Shown here: positions 26,208-35,520 of the stretch, piece after piece
Numbering within the stretch: the stretch's first letter is position 1
Layout: the number at the start of each line of letters is the position of its first letter
Assembly: GCA_963738285.1 (NCBI GenBank)
Contig: CAVTVX010000009.1
Location: forward strand, 96,909-160,908
Source: an uncultured Gammaproteobacteria bacterium
GTDB lineage: Bacteria; Pseudomonadota; Gammaproteobacteria; Steroidobacterales; Steroidobacteraceae
Direction of reading: 5' to 3'
DNA: 64,000 nt
Notes under the pieces: model-generated
Seen by the model: only the letters and a program-made list of their open reading frames with translations
Database searches by the model: none
Told to the model about the DNA's origin: nothing
Program-made: the position numbers and the translations under genes

Positions 26208-26800
26208 TGGCCGTCGCGCGACGCAGCGTCTGTGTCTATTGCGCTTCGAGCGAGGCCTGCGACGCGGAGTTCCGCGATGTCGCGCGGCGGCTCGGCGGCC
26301 TGCTGGCCGGCGCTGGCTGCACGATCGTCTACGGGGGCGGGCGCGCCGGCTCGATGGGCGCGCTCGCATCCGGCGCGCTGGAGGCGGGCGGCCGCATCGT
26401 CGGCATCATCCCGAAATTCATGATGGAGCTCGAATGGGGACACGACGACCTCACCGAACTGCACGTGGTCGAGGACATGCGCACGCGCAAGCACGAAATG
26501 CTGACCCGCGCCTCGGCCGTCGTCGCCCTGGCCGGCGGAACCGGAACGCTCGAGGAGCTGTTCGAGGCAATCACCCTGAAGCGCCTCGGCCTCTTTCTCG
26601 GGCCGATCGTCATCGTCAACACGAGGGGTTACTACGACGCGCTGATTGCCCAGCTCACGGCCGCCATCGACGGCCGCTTCATGGACGCGCGGCACGCGGC
26701 GATGTGGACGATCGTGGGCGGGCCCGAAGAAGTGCTGGCGGCGGTCGAGGCGGCGGGCCCCTGGAGCGAGTCGAGCCGCGGTTTCGCGGTCGTGCGCTGA
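26207..26800 (+). CDS. LOG-family protein (TIGR00730-type; cytokinin riboside 5'-monophosphate phosphoribohydrolase-like)
   Basis: Trimmed to the ATG at 26207, overlapping the ppc stop. Sequence reads VCVYCASS, IVYGGGRAGSMGA, and ALAGGTGTLEELFE (PGGxGTxxE motif). Confidence 0.85.
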   Translation: MAVARRSVCVYCASSEACDAEFRDVARRLGGLLAGAGCTIVYGGGRAGSMGALASGALEAGGRIVGIIPKFMMELEWGHDDLTELHVVEDMRTRKHEMLTRASAVVALAGGTGTLEELFEAITLKRLGLFLGPIVIVNTRGYYDALIAQLTAAIDGRFMDARHAAMWTIVGGPEEVLAAVEAAGPWSESSRGFAVVR

Positions 26801-26818
26801 ATCGGATAAAATCGCCGC

Positions 26819-27208
26819 ATGAGCAGTGAAAAGCCGCAGGATGCACAGATGAGCGCCGACGCGCTCTACCGCGAGGATGTCTTCACCGACCAGCGCGTGG
26901 GCACGGTCCGACGCATGACGCCCGTCAGGTCCGACGGCAGTGATGACCCGTCTCGCCCCCTGGTATTTGTCGGCCAGGCGACGGTCATGACGCCGATGGG
27001 TTCGCTGCCGCTCTCCTTCGAGCTGGACGCCAAGACGCTCGCAGAGGCCATCGTGCAATTCGGGCCGGCTGCCCAACAGGCAATCGATGACGCCGCGCGG
27101 GAGTTGCAGGAGCTGCGCAGGCAAGCTGCTTCGTCGATCGTGATTCCCGATGCGGGTTCGGCTGCGCTCAAGGGCATGGGCGGGAAAGGCGGGATTCAGG
27201 TTCCCTGA
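26819..27208 (+). CDS. hypothetical cytoplasmic protein
   Basis: 129-aa ORF with plausible composition and codon usage. I recognise no family. Confidence 0.45.
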   Translation: MSSEKPQDAQMSADALYREDVFTDQRVGTVRRMTPVRSDGSDDPSRPLVFVGQATVMTPMGSLPLSFELDAKTLAEAIVQFGPAAQQAIDDAARELQELRRQAASSIVIPDAGSAALKGMGGKGGIQVP

Positions 27209-27230
27209 GAGGCGCGTCGCCTCCGCAGGC

Positions 27231-27310
27231 GGAGGGGACGCTCCCCTTCGACGACGGGATTTCCCGAATGTTGGTGATGTCACGGCGTCGAAGGGGAACG
27301 TCCCCGTCCA
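27231..27310. repeat. REP-like palindromic element, copy B
   Basis: GGAGGGGACGCTCCCCTTCGACG (27231-27253) pairs with CGTCGAAGGGGAACGTCCCC (27287-27306) with one mismatch. The element lies between the convergent 26819-27208 gene and the S9 peptidase gene. Confidence 0.8.
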
Positions 27311-27317
27311 TGCCGGA

Positions 27318-29429
27318 TCACTGCAGGTGGCTGGCCAGCCAGGCCTGGACTTCCTGGTAGAAGTAGCGGCTGTCCTCGCCCTTCATGATCCAGTGGTTCT
27401 CCTCTGGGAAGATCACGAGGCGGCTTTCGACGTTCTGCCGCTGCAGCACGGTCCAGAACTCGAGGCCGTTGTTGTACGGCACGCGAAAGTCGCGTTCGCC
27501 CGCGGTGAGGAGAATCGGCGTCCGGAGCCGCTTCGAGTGCCAGAACGGACTCTGGTCCTTCCAAATGGACTCGGCGTCCCAGGGCGGCCCGCCCAGGTTG
27601 CGCTCGCGCGAATAGGCGACGTCACTCGTGGTCCACTGGGTCTTGAGATCGTAGAGCCCGGCATGGCTCACGAGCGCGCGGTAGCGGTCCGTCGACACGG
27701 CGAGCCAGTTGGTGAGGTGCCCGCCGTAGCTCGCGCCACCGGCGGCCTGCCGGCTCGGGTCGATGAAGGGATATCGCCGGATCGCCTCATCCGCGGCCTG
27801 GTTTATTTCCTCGGCCGGGCCCTTGAGCGGATCGCCCTGGATCGCCTGCGCGAACGCCTCGCCATATCCCGTCGAGCCGCTGTAGTTCGGCATCAGAACG
27901 ACGTAACCGGGCGCCGCGAGCAGGTGGTAGTTCCAGCGGACGATGAACTCGTCCTTGAACAGGCCATGCGGCCCGCCATGGATCAACACGAACAGCGGAT
28001 ACTTCTTCGCGGGATCGAAGCCGGGGGGCAGTGCGACGAGGTTGTGGATTCGCCGCCCTCGCTTCGACGTGAACCAGAAATCCTGCACGGGCATCCAGTC
28101 GATGGCCGCGGCCCGCTCGGCATTGAACGCTGAAAGCGCGCGGCGGGACCCGTCCGCGGTTTCGACGCGAGTCACTTCCGCCGGGCTCACGGCGCTGCCC
28201 CAGTCCGCGACGATGACCGGCGCGTCCCCGGCTCCCGCGACCTGGAGGCCCGAGTAACCACCGGCCTCGATGCGGCCGAGTTCGCGCGCCTTGCCCCCCG
28301 CGGCGGGCACCTGGAAGAGCCGATCGTGGCCTTCGTCCTCCGCGATCAGGAAGACGGATTCGCCGTCGGGACTCACCTGGAAACTGCCGACCGATCGCGG
28401 AAATCCGGCCGCGACCGGGCGCGGCGACGGATCTGCCCAGTCGAAGCGCATGAGCCGATCGTCGTTGTAGACGAATTTCGTGTGCGGAGTCGCGCGCGCG
28501 TAGAGCGCGGAACCGTCGGCGGCGAACTGCGGATGCGCATAGCTGGCCTCGCCGCCCGTGAGGCGCCGTGGTTCGCCGCCGCCCGCGGGCATCGCGTACA
28601 GGGACTGCTGCGCGTCGGCGCGGGCCGACTGGTCGCGGGCCGTCGTCGCCGCAAATACGATCGTGCTGCCGTCGGGGGACCAGGCGGCGTCGAGCTGGTC
28701 GCCTTCATTGTCGAGGTCGCCGCCGTATCCCCGGGCATTCCGCAGCGCCGTGCCGGCAAGCAGGTCGCGCGCCTCCGAGCCATCCCCAAGCGCCTGGAGC
28801 ATGAGCGTCGGGCGACGGTCGTCGAGCCAGCGGTCCCAGTGCCGGACGGGGAACTGGTCGTATGCGCGCGCATCGTACTTGCGGGACTTGAGGTCCTCGA
28901 GACGCCCGCGATTGTCGGCGTCCTTCATCGCGCCGGGAAACGTCATGCTCGAGAACAGGATCGCCTGTCCATCGGGACGCCACTGAGGGCGGGAAGCGCC
29001 GGTCGCAACGTTCGTGACCCGCTCGGACTCGCCGCCACCCGCGATGTCGAGGACAAAGACCTGTGCCTCGTCCTGCCCGCCGCGCCTGGCAGTGAATGCG
29101 ACGCGGCGTGAGTCCGGGCTCCAGACAGGATCCGATTCCGGGCCGCCCGTGAACGTGAGCTGCCGCGGCGGTGCGCTGCCATCCGAGGGGACGAGCCAGA
29201 GATCACTCGACTTGGCTTTGTCGTCATAGGCGGGCTGGGCCACCGGAACCACGACGAGCCGGCCGTCGGGGGACAGGGCGGGCGGGCCGACCCGCTTCAT
29301 GAGCCACACGTCCTCGTGCGTGATCGGGCGCCTGGCGGCCAACGTGTCTTCGGCGTGTGCCGCCGTGGCGGCGAGACACAGGGCGACGAGCAGGGGAATG
29401 CGCTTCATGCGTTTCTTCAGGAGCGCCAC
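27318..29429 (-). CDS. S9-family serine peptidase (prolyl oligopeptidase / acylaminoacyl-peptidase type), exported
   Basis: 703 aa with signal peptide IPLLVALCLAATAAHA, an N-terminal PD40-type propeller (SPDGRLVV, WSPDSRRVAF, WSPDGSTIVF), and the nucleophile motif GASYGG. The start is uncertain: GTG at 29429 or ATG at 29408. Confidence 0.85.
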   Translation of the reverse strand: MALLKKRMKRIPLLVALCLAATAAHAEDTLAARRPITHEDVWLMKRVGPPALSPDGRLVVVPVAQPAYDDKAKSSDLWLVPSDGSAPPRQLTFTGGPESDPVWSPDSRRVAFTARRGGQDEAQVFVLDIAGGGESERVTNVATGASRPQWRPDGQAILFSSMTFPGAMKDADNRGRLEDLKSRKYDARAYDQFPVRHWDRWLDDRRPTLMLQALGDGSEARDLLAGTALRNARGYGGDLDNEGDQLDAAWSPDGSTIVFAATTARDQSARADAQQSLYAMPAGGGEPRRLTGGEASYAHPQFAADGSALYARATPHTKFVYNDDRLMRFDWADPSPRPVAAGFPRSVGSFQVSPDGESVFLIAEDEGHDRLFQVPAAGGKARELGRIEAGGYSGLQVAGAGDAPVIVADWGSAVSPAEVTRVETADGSRRALSAFNAERAAAIDWMPVQDFWFTSKRGRRIHNLVALPPGFDPAKKYPLFVLIHGGPHGLFKDEFIVRWNYHLLAAPGYVVLMPNYSGSTGYGEAFAQAIQGDPLKGPAEEINQAADEAIRRYPFIDPSRQAAGGASYGGHLTNWLAVSTDRYRALVSHAGLYDLKTQWTTSDVAYSRERNLGGPPWDAESIWKDQSPFWHSKRLRTPILLTAGERDFRVPYNNGLEFWTVLQRQNVESRLVIFPEENHWIMKGEDSRYFYQEVQAWLASHLQ

Positions 29430-30850
29430 TGACGGGCGCAGACATTCTGCAGCAGCCAGGGCTGGTCGGGGACGAGTTTTTCGTTGAACAGTTCGCCGCG
29501 GCCCTGGAGCGGGGTCCAGTCGGTGTAGGCGCCGACCAGCGAGCCGAGATAGGGGCGCGCGATCTCGAGCACGGCGCGAAAATCGAGCTGGTCGGCCTCG
29601 CGCAATCCCTCACGCGGATTGCGGATCGCCCAGATCACGGCGCCCAGCGCGCCGGCGGCGACCTGCAGGCAAGTCGCGTTCGTATACGGCACGTGCCGGC
29701 GCGCCTCGGCGATCGAAAGTTGCGAGCCGAACCAGTAGGCGTTTTTCGAATGGCCGGCAATCAGCACGCCCAGCTCGTCCATTCCGGTCACGATCTCGGC
29801 ACGGATGATCCGTCGCGTCGGCTGCAGCGACCAGCCGCGGCCCTCGAGCTCGAGCGTCGAGAGCATGGCGTCGTCGCAGGGATGGTAGACGAACATGACG
29901 GTCGGGCGGTAGGTGATAGCGGACGCATGGCGCAGCGTCAGGCAATCGGCGATCGAGAACACTTCGTCATGTGTCATCAGCAGGCCCTGGAACCCGCCCG
30001 ACGAGGGCAGCCAGCTCCGGGCGTAGGTCGCGCCGCCCGGCCGATGCAGGTAGATCGAGCCGCAGCGCGGCCTGTGCCAGTGCGAGCCCGCGGGCTTTTT
30101 CGGTTCGGCCGTGCCCAGCGAAAGCTCGGAGGGCTGCATCAGCTCGTCGACGAAGCCGTCGATGGACCAGGTGTTCACGAACTCGTTGGGCCGCTTGGGA
30201 CGATCGGTGGCCTGGGTGTCGCGCTCGGACACCTGGATCAGCGTGACGCCGAGGTCGCGCGCCAGCGTTGCCCACTCGGCCTGGCCGGCCGGCACCTCGA
30301 CGGCGCGATTGAGCCCGCTCGCGAGATCGAGCAGGGCCTGCTTGACGAAGTGCGAGACGAGGCCGGGATTCGCGCCATGGTCGACGATCGTCGTCGCGGA
30401 CCCCGGTTTCATGCGGCGCCCGAGCTTCAGCATGTCTTCGCGCGTGCAGAAATTGGTGCGCTCGCGCATCGTCAGCATCGGGTTGTCGAACACGCCGGAC
30501 CAGGGCTCGATCGAGGTGTCCACATAGAGCACGCCGTGCGAGGCGCACCACTCGACAAGGTCGAGGCTGGAGACGCCCACCGACAGATTGAGAAGCATGT
30601 CGCCGGTCTTGAGCCGGCGGCGCAGCTCGCGCTGGTAGGTCGAAGGCTTCAGGTGACAGTGGACGAACTTCGCCTGGTTCGCTGCGGCGAGCGCACGACC
30701 CTGTTCGCTCGCCTCGAGCACCGCGAGCCCGTCTTCCGGCAGCGAAAGGTGGCGGCGCAGCAACGGCAGCATCGCCTGGCCGATACTGCCGCAACCGACC
30801 ATCAGCACGCGGCCGGCGAACTCGGCGGTTTCGATTCGATTGCCCCCCAC
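29417..30850 (-). CDS. hss: homospermidine synthase
   Basis: 477 aa. Long stretches match my memory of bacterial HSS: GCGSIGQAMLPLL, NLSVGVSSLD, GANPGLVSHFVKQAL, ERDTQ, FVNTWSIDGF, GVLIAGHSKNAYWFGSQLSI and YTDWTPL. Confidence 0.9.
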   Translation of the reverse strand: MGGNRIETAEFAGRVLMVGCGSIGQAMLPLLRRHLSLPEDGLAVLEASEQGRALAAANQAKFVHCHLKPSTYQRELRRRLKTGDMLLNLSVGVSSLDLVEWCASHGVLYVDTSIEPWSGVFDNPMLTMRERTNFCTREDMLKLGRRMKPGSATTIVDHGANPGLVSHFVKQALLDLASGLNRAVEVPAGQAEWATLARDLGVTLIQVSERDTQATDRPKRPNEFVNTWSIDGFVDELMQPSELSLGTAEPKKPAGSHWHRPRCGSIYLHRPGGATYARSWLPSSGGFQGLLMTHDEVFSIADCLTLRHASAITYRPTVMFVYHPCDDAMLSTLELEGRGWSLQPTRRIIRAEIVTGMDELGVLIAGHSKNAYWFGSQLSIAEARRHVPYTNATCLQVAAGALGAVIWAIRNPREGLREADQLDFRAVLEIARPYLGSLVGAYTDWTPLQGRGELFNEKLVPDQPWLLQNVCARQWRS

Positions 30851-30900
30851 ACCTCGACCCTAGCAAAGTGCCGCCGACGACGCACGTTGGTGCATAATTC

Positions 30901-32658
30901 ATGTTCATGACGGCCCGGCGTTGCATGTTTGGGTACCGCTGGCTGCCGATCCTGCTGCTGCCGCTTCTCGTGTCCTGCGATCACCCGCCGGAATACGACA
31001 TCCTCGTCCGCGGCGGCACGATCTACGACGGTTCCGGGCGAGCGGGTTACGCCGGTGAAGTCGCTATCAAGGGCGACCGGATTGCCTACGTCGGGCCGAA
31101 AGCACCAGGCCTCGCGAAGCACGAGATCAACGCGGCCGGGCTCGCCGTCGCTCCCGGCTTCATCAACATGCTCTCGTGGTCCAACGAGTCGCTCCTGATC
31201 GACGGCCGTGGCCAGGGCGAATTGCGCCAGGGCGTCACGCTCGAGGTGATGGGCGAGGGCGACTCCATGGGGCCGTTGACGCCGCAGATGAAGAACGACC
31301 TCGTCGCGCAGCAGGTCGACCTCAAGTACCCGGTCGAGTGGACGACACTGGGCGAATACCTCGCGGTGCTCGAGAAGAAAGGCGTCTCGATGAACGTCGC
31401 CTCGTACATCGGCGCGGCCACGGCGCGCATGAACCTGCTGGCGTCAGCCGACGTGGACCCGACGCCGGAACAGCTGAAGGCGATGGAGGACGTCGTGCAG
31501 ACGGCGATGGAAGAAGGCGCCCTCGGCGTCGCTTCCGCGCTGATCTACGTGCCCGGAAGCTTCGCGGAAACCGACGAACTGGTCGCGCTCGCCGGGACCG
31601 CCGCGCGGTGCGGCGGCATATACGCGACGCACATGCGCAGCGAAGGCCGCGGGCTGGTCCAAGCCGTGGACGAGACCATCGAGATCTCGCGCCGTTCGGG
31701 CGCCCCGGCGGAAATCTACCACCTGAAGGCGGGCGGCAAGGCGTACTGGCCGAAACTGGACGAGGCGCTCGCCCACATCGAAACCGCGCGGCGCGAGGGC
31801 CTTCGCATCACGACCGACATGTACGCCTACACGGCGGGAGCGACAGGGCTCGATGCCGCGATGCCGCCCTGGGTGCAGGAGGGCGGCAATGCCGCCTGGT
31901 TCGCGCGGTTGCACGACCCTGCGATCAGGAAGCGCGTGGCCGCCGAGATGCGGGCCGGGACGACCGACTGGGAGAACCTGATGCGCGACGCGGGCGGCGC
32001 CGGGAACATGCTGATCGTCATGCTGCGCAAACCCGGGCTCAAGAAGTACATCGGCAAGACGCTCGCCGAAATCGCGAAGGATCGGGGTACCAGCCCGGAA
32101 GACACGGCGATGGACCTCGTCGCCGAGGATGAGACCCGTGTCGGCACCGTGTACTTCCTGATGTCCGAGGACGAGGTGCGCCGCAAGTTGGCGCTCCCCT
32201 ACATGAGTTTCGGCTCCGACGGCTCCGCGGTTTCCGCCGAAGGCGATTTCCTGAAGAGCAACCTGCATCCGCGCAGTTACGGCAATTTCGCGCGCGTACT
32301 GGGTCGGTATGTCCGCGATGAGAAGGGCGTGACGCTCGAGGACGCCATTCATCGCCTGACCGGGCATCCGGCTTCCGTCCTCAACCTGCGCGACCGCGGC
32401 CTCCTTGCGGAGGATTATTTCGCCGATGTCGTCGTATTCGATCCGGCGAGGATTCAGGACCACGCGACCTACACCGAGCCCCACCAGTATGCGACGGGCG
32501 TTTCGGAGGTGATCGTGAATGGGGTGCCCGCGCTGGAGAACGGCGAACCGACCGATGCACGGCCGGGCCGCTTCGTGCGCGGCCGTGCCTGGACGGGCTT
32601 GGAAAACGGCGGATGCCGAGCGGCGCCCGCCGACTGGGACTGGCCCCAGGTCCGCTGA
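30901..32658 (+). CDS. N-acyl-D-amino-acid deacylase (D-aminoacylase) family amidohydrolase, probable lipoprotein
   Basis: 585 aa with LLPLLVSC (lipobox-like), DILVRGGTIYDGSG, GDRIAYVG, VAPGFINMLSW and ATHMRSEG. Confidence 0.8.
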   Translation: MFMTARRCMFGYRWLPILLLPLLVSCDHPPEYDILVRGGTIYDGSGRAGYAGEVAIKGDRIAYVGPKAPGLAKHEINAAGLAVAPGFINMLSWSNESLLIDGRGQGELRQGVTLEVMGEGDSMGPLTPQMKNDLVAQQVDLKYPVEWTTLGEYLAVLEKKGVSMNVASYIGAATARMNLLASADVDPTPEQLKAMEDVVQTAMEEGALGVASALIYVPGSFAETDELVALAGTAARCGGIYATHMRSEGRGLVQAVDETIEISRRSGAPAEIYHLKAGGKAYWPKLDEALAHIETARREGLRITTDMYAYTAGATGLDAAMPPWVQEGGNAAWFARLHDPAIRKRVAAEMRAGTTDWENLMRDAGGAGNMLIVMLRKPGLKKYIGKTLAEIAKDRGTSPEDTAMDLVAEDETRVGTVYFLMSEDEVRRKLALPYMSFGSDGSAVSAEGDFLKSNLHPRSYGNFARVLGRYVRDEKGVTLEDAIHRLTGHPASVLNLRDRGLLAEDYFADVVVFDPARIQDHATYTEPHQYATGVSEVIVNGVPALENGEPTDARPGRFVRGRAWTGLENGGCRAAPADWDWPQVR

Positions 32659-32661
32659 CCC

Positions 32662-33849
32662 TTGCCGTTCGAATTTCTCATCTTCGGCTTTACGCTCGCG
32701 GGCGTCGCCCTGTTTCATCACCGGGCCCTGCAGATTGCCGCCTGCGGCCTTGCGGCCGTCGTCCTCTTCGAGTGGCTGTTCACGCACTTTCCCGCAGGCC
32801 CGGGCATTTCCGGACTCCTGCAACATTTCGCCCATGAGTGGGTGATCCTGACGAACCTGGTGCTGCTGCTGGTCGGGTTCGCGATCCTCGCGGCCCATTT
32901 CGAGCAAAGCGGCCTGCCGAAAGCGCTGCCGCGCTACCTGCCGGATGACTGGACGGGCGCGTTCGCGCTGCTGGCGATCGTGTTCGTGATTTCGGCGTTT
33001 CTGGACAACATCGCCGGCGCACTGATCGGCGGGGCGATGGCGCATACCCTGTTCCGCGGCCGGGTCAGGGTCGGCTACCTGGCGGCGATCGTCGCGGCGT
33101 CGAACGCCGGCGGCGCGGGCAGCGTCATCGGCGACACGACGACCACGATGATGTGGATCACGGGCGTTCCGCCCATTGACGTTCTGCACGCCTACGTTGC
33201 CGCCGGCGTGGCATTCCTGGTGTTCGGCTTCACGGCCGCGCACGCGCAACAGCGATTCGCGCCGATCATCAAGCATTCGGCGCCGTCGCTCCGGATCGAC
33301 TGGCCGCGGATGGCGATCGTCCTGTTCATCCTCCTGAGCGCGGTCGCCGTCAATGTCGGCGTCAACACGAAACTGCCCGGCCTTGCGGAGCGCTTTCCCT
33401 TCATCGGCACGGCAGTCGCGACCGCGATTCTGCTGTCGATTCCGTGGCGATCACCCGACTGGAGCGTCGTCCCGGGCGCCGTGAAGGGTTCGGTATTCCT
33501 GCTTTGCCTCGTGACGTCTGCGTCGCTGATGCCGGTGGACTCACTGCCGGATCCGTCCTGGCAGACATCGCTTGCGCTCGGATTCGTGTCTTCCTTCTTC
33601 GACAACATTCCCCTGACGGCGCTCGCCCTCAAACAGGGCGGATACGACTGGGGCGTGCTCGCCTATGCGGTCGGCTTCGGGGGTTCGATGATCTGGTTCG
33701 GCTCTTCCGCGGGTGTGGCGATCTGCAACATGTTCCCGGAGGCGCGCTCGACCGGGCGCTGGCTGCGGGAGGGCTGGCCGGTGGCGGTCGCGTACGTCGC
33801 CGGATTCGCCGCGCTGCTGGCGACTCTCGGCTGGAGGCCGGACGGCTAG
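32662..33849 (+). CDS. ArsB/NhaD-superfamily (CitMHS-like) ion/anion permease
   Basis: 395 aa with a TTG start and roughly 10-11 TM segments. The duplicated FLDNIAGA / FFDNIPLTA motifs are typical of this superfamily. Confidence 0.55.
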   Translation: MPFEFLIFGFTLAGVALFHHRALQIAACGLAAVVLFEWLFTHFPAGPGISGLLQHFAHEWVILTNLVLLLVGFAILAAHFEQSGLPKALPRYLPDDWTGAFALLAIVFVISAFLDNIAGALIGGAMAHTLFRGRVRVGYLAAIVAASNAGGAGSVIGDTTTTMMWITGVPPIDVLHAYVAAGVAFLVFGFTAAHAQQRFAPIIKHSAPSLRIDWPRMAIVLFILLSAVAVNVGVNTKLPGLAERFPFIGTAVATAILLSIPWRSPDWSVVPGAVKGSVFLLCLVTSASLMPVDSLPDPSWQTSLALGFVSSFFDNIPLTALALKQGGYDWGVLAYAVGFGGSMIWFGSSAGVAICNMFPEARSTGRWLREGWPVAVAYVAGFAALLATLGWRPDG

Positions 33850-34595
33850 GCTCGTGCCGCGCCCTGCGCGCGGCCGAAGAACCGGTCGAACGCCTCCCGC
33901 GAATCCGTCTCCGCGCGGCGGATATGCCGCCACGGGCGTTCCAGCCGGTGGCCCTCGAGCATCCCGAGGATCCGTCGCGTGCCCTCGTCGCCGGCGCAGT
34001 AACCGGAGAGCCAGCGCCTGCACTCGGCGATCGGCATCCGGCGCTCGATCCCGCGCAGCATGTCGAGAACGTCGAACAATGCGGGTCGCGTTCCCGCGAT
34101 GCCCCGGCGGAAGCGGCAACCATGCGCCATGTCGATGACGTAGAACCGCGGCGGTGAGCCAAGGGGCAGCGGAACCAGGATGTTCGTCGGGTAGAAAGCG
34201 CCGTGGGCGACACCCGAATCGTGCATGCGCCGCGCGATCCAGAACAAGGGTGCGAGATCCGCGGCGGCGGACGGCTCGCGCTTCATCAGCGTGGACAACG
34301 GTTCAGTGGCCGGGATCTCGCGCGTGACCAGGACCTCGAAGCGACCGTGGCGGCGGTCCTTGCCCCTCGACCAGCGGATGGGTTCCGGGCAGGGAATGCC
34401 GTTTTCGTGCAAGCGCTCGAGGAGCCCGAATTCACGCTCGACGCGATAGGGCAGGAACAGGCGGCGCAGCGGGTCGAATTGGCCGCGACGCCGGTACATC
34501 TTGACGACCGCGCGCCCGCCGCCGGGCAGCGGCTCGGACCAGATCAGCGTCTTCGCCTCCGCCTTGATCAGCGTCTGGTCCGCGCCGGGTTGCAC
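33846..34595 (-). CDS. InaA/Kdo-kinase-family protein-kinase-like protein lacking the catalytic Asp (possible pseudokinase)
   Basis: ORF 33846-35390 trimmed to the GTG at 34595, 6 nt after the methyltransferase stop. It has VVKMY (VxK), AHGAFYPTNILV in place of HxDxxxxN, and YVIDMAHG. Confidence 0.6.
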   Translation of the reverse strand: MQPGADQTLIKAEAKTLIWSEPLPGGGRAVVKMYRRRGQFDPLRRLFLPYRVEREFGLLERLHENGIPCPEPIRWSRGKDRRHGRFEVLVTREIPATEPLSTLMKREPSAAADLAPLFWIARRMHDSGVAHGAFYPTNILVPLPLGSPPRFYVIDMAHGCRFRRGIAGTRPALFDVLDMLRGIERRMPIAECRRWLSGYCAGDEGTRRILGMLEGHRLERPWRHIRRAETDSREAFDRFFGRAQGAARA

Positions 34596-34600
34596 GGGAC

Positions 34601-35476
34601 TCAGGTGGCTTCGTTCTTGACGATCAGCGCGAACCGGTGACCGGACGCGATCCGCGACAGGGGGGGCGCAGCGACGAGACGCGCCCCAGCCTCGCGCGCG
34701 AGCTCCGCGACGCGAGTCGTCGTCATCGTCAGCTTGGGCGGCTTGCGGTCGAAGGGGTGGCGCATGCGGCGCGTCAGGTTCTTGAGCGAATAGTGGTCGA
34801 AGTAGGTGACGATCACGAAGCGTCTCGAGACCCTGAATAGTTCGCGGAACAGCCGCTCGCGCTCCGCGGCCGTCGGAAGGTGATGTGCAAGGCGGACGCA
34901 GATCGTGCCGTCCACGCTGTTGTCGCGCAGCGGGATGTGAAACGCGGAGGCGGTCATCCAGGCCTGCGGCGTTGCAACGGTCGAGGTCGCACGCAGGTAC
35001 CGGACCTGCCCGACTGCGATGTCGGCCTCGACCAGGAAGTCCGTCGCGTCTGCGAACGCCGGCGTGATGCGGCCTCCGCCGCAGGGCAGCTCCAGGATGA
35101 CGCGCGAATGGCCGACTTTCGCGATGTGGCGGCGAATCAGCATCCACTCGTGGCGCGTGCCGAAGCGCTTGTGGACGCGCCGCTGGTAGCCATGGTTGTA
35201 TGCTGCGGCCCGCTCGATGGTCTGGTATTCGGTCTGGTAGGCATCGCTCTGTTCGGACGCCTGCGGCGTGCCCCAGGTATCCGACGTGCCACGCATGGCG
35301 AGCAGCGCGATGCCGTCGTCCGTGCCGTAGCGGGCGCCGCATCCCTCGCAGCGAATCGCGTCGTCCTCGAGCCGAAGCGCCGCGCCGCACGCCGGGCAGG
35401 CGAGAAGTCCCGCGATCGCGGCAATGCCGGCGGGCCGGCGTGCCGCGTCCGCCATGACCACGCTATCTTGGGCCAT
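34601..35476 (-). CDS. class I SAM-dependent methyltransferase with N-terminal Trm112-like zinc ribbon
   Basis: Start at the ATG at 35476 with a GGAGGA RBS. The zinc ribbon is CPACGAAL...CEGCGARY and SAM motif I is VILELPCGGGR. Confidence 0.75.
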   Translation of the reverse strand: MAQDSVVMADAARRPAGIAAIAGLLACPACGAALRLEDDAIRCEGCGARYGTDDGIALLAMRGTSDTWGTPQASEQSDAYQTEYQTIERAAAYNHGYQRRVHKRFGTRHEWMLIRRHIAKVGHSRVILELPCGGGRITPAFADATDFLVEADIAVGQVRYLRATSTVATPQAWMTASAFHIPLRDNSVDGTICVRLAHHLPTAAERERLFRELFRVSRRFVIVTYFDHYSLKNLTRRMRHPFDRKPPKLTMTTTRVAELAREAGARLVAAPPLSRIASGHRFALIVKNEAT

Positions 35477-35520
35477 CGAACATCCTCCGGCCGATCTTAG
35501 CAGCAATTCCCGGCGCCGCC

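Noticed and set aside
33846-35390. A 514-aa ORF that would overlap the whole methyltransferase gene in another frame.
   Set aside because: Only the C-terminal 250 aa look like a real kinase-fold protein. The N-terminal part is Arg/Pro-rich and overlaps a gene with a good RBS and SAM motifs. I trimmed it to the GTG at 34595.
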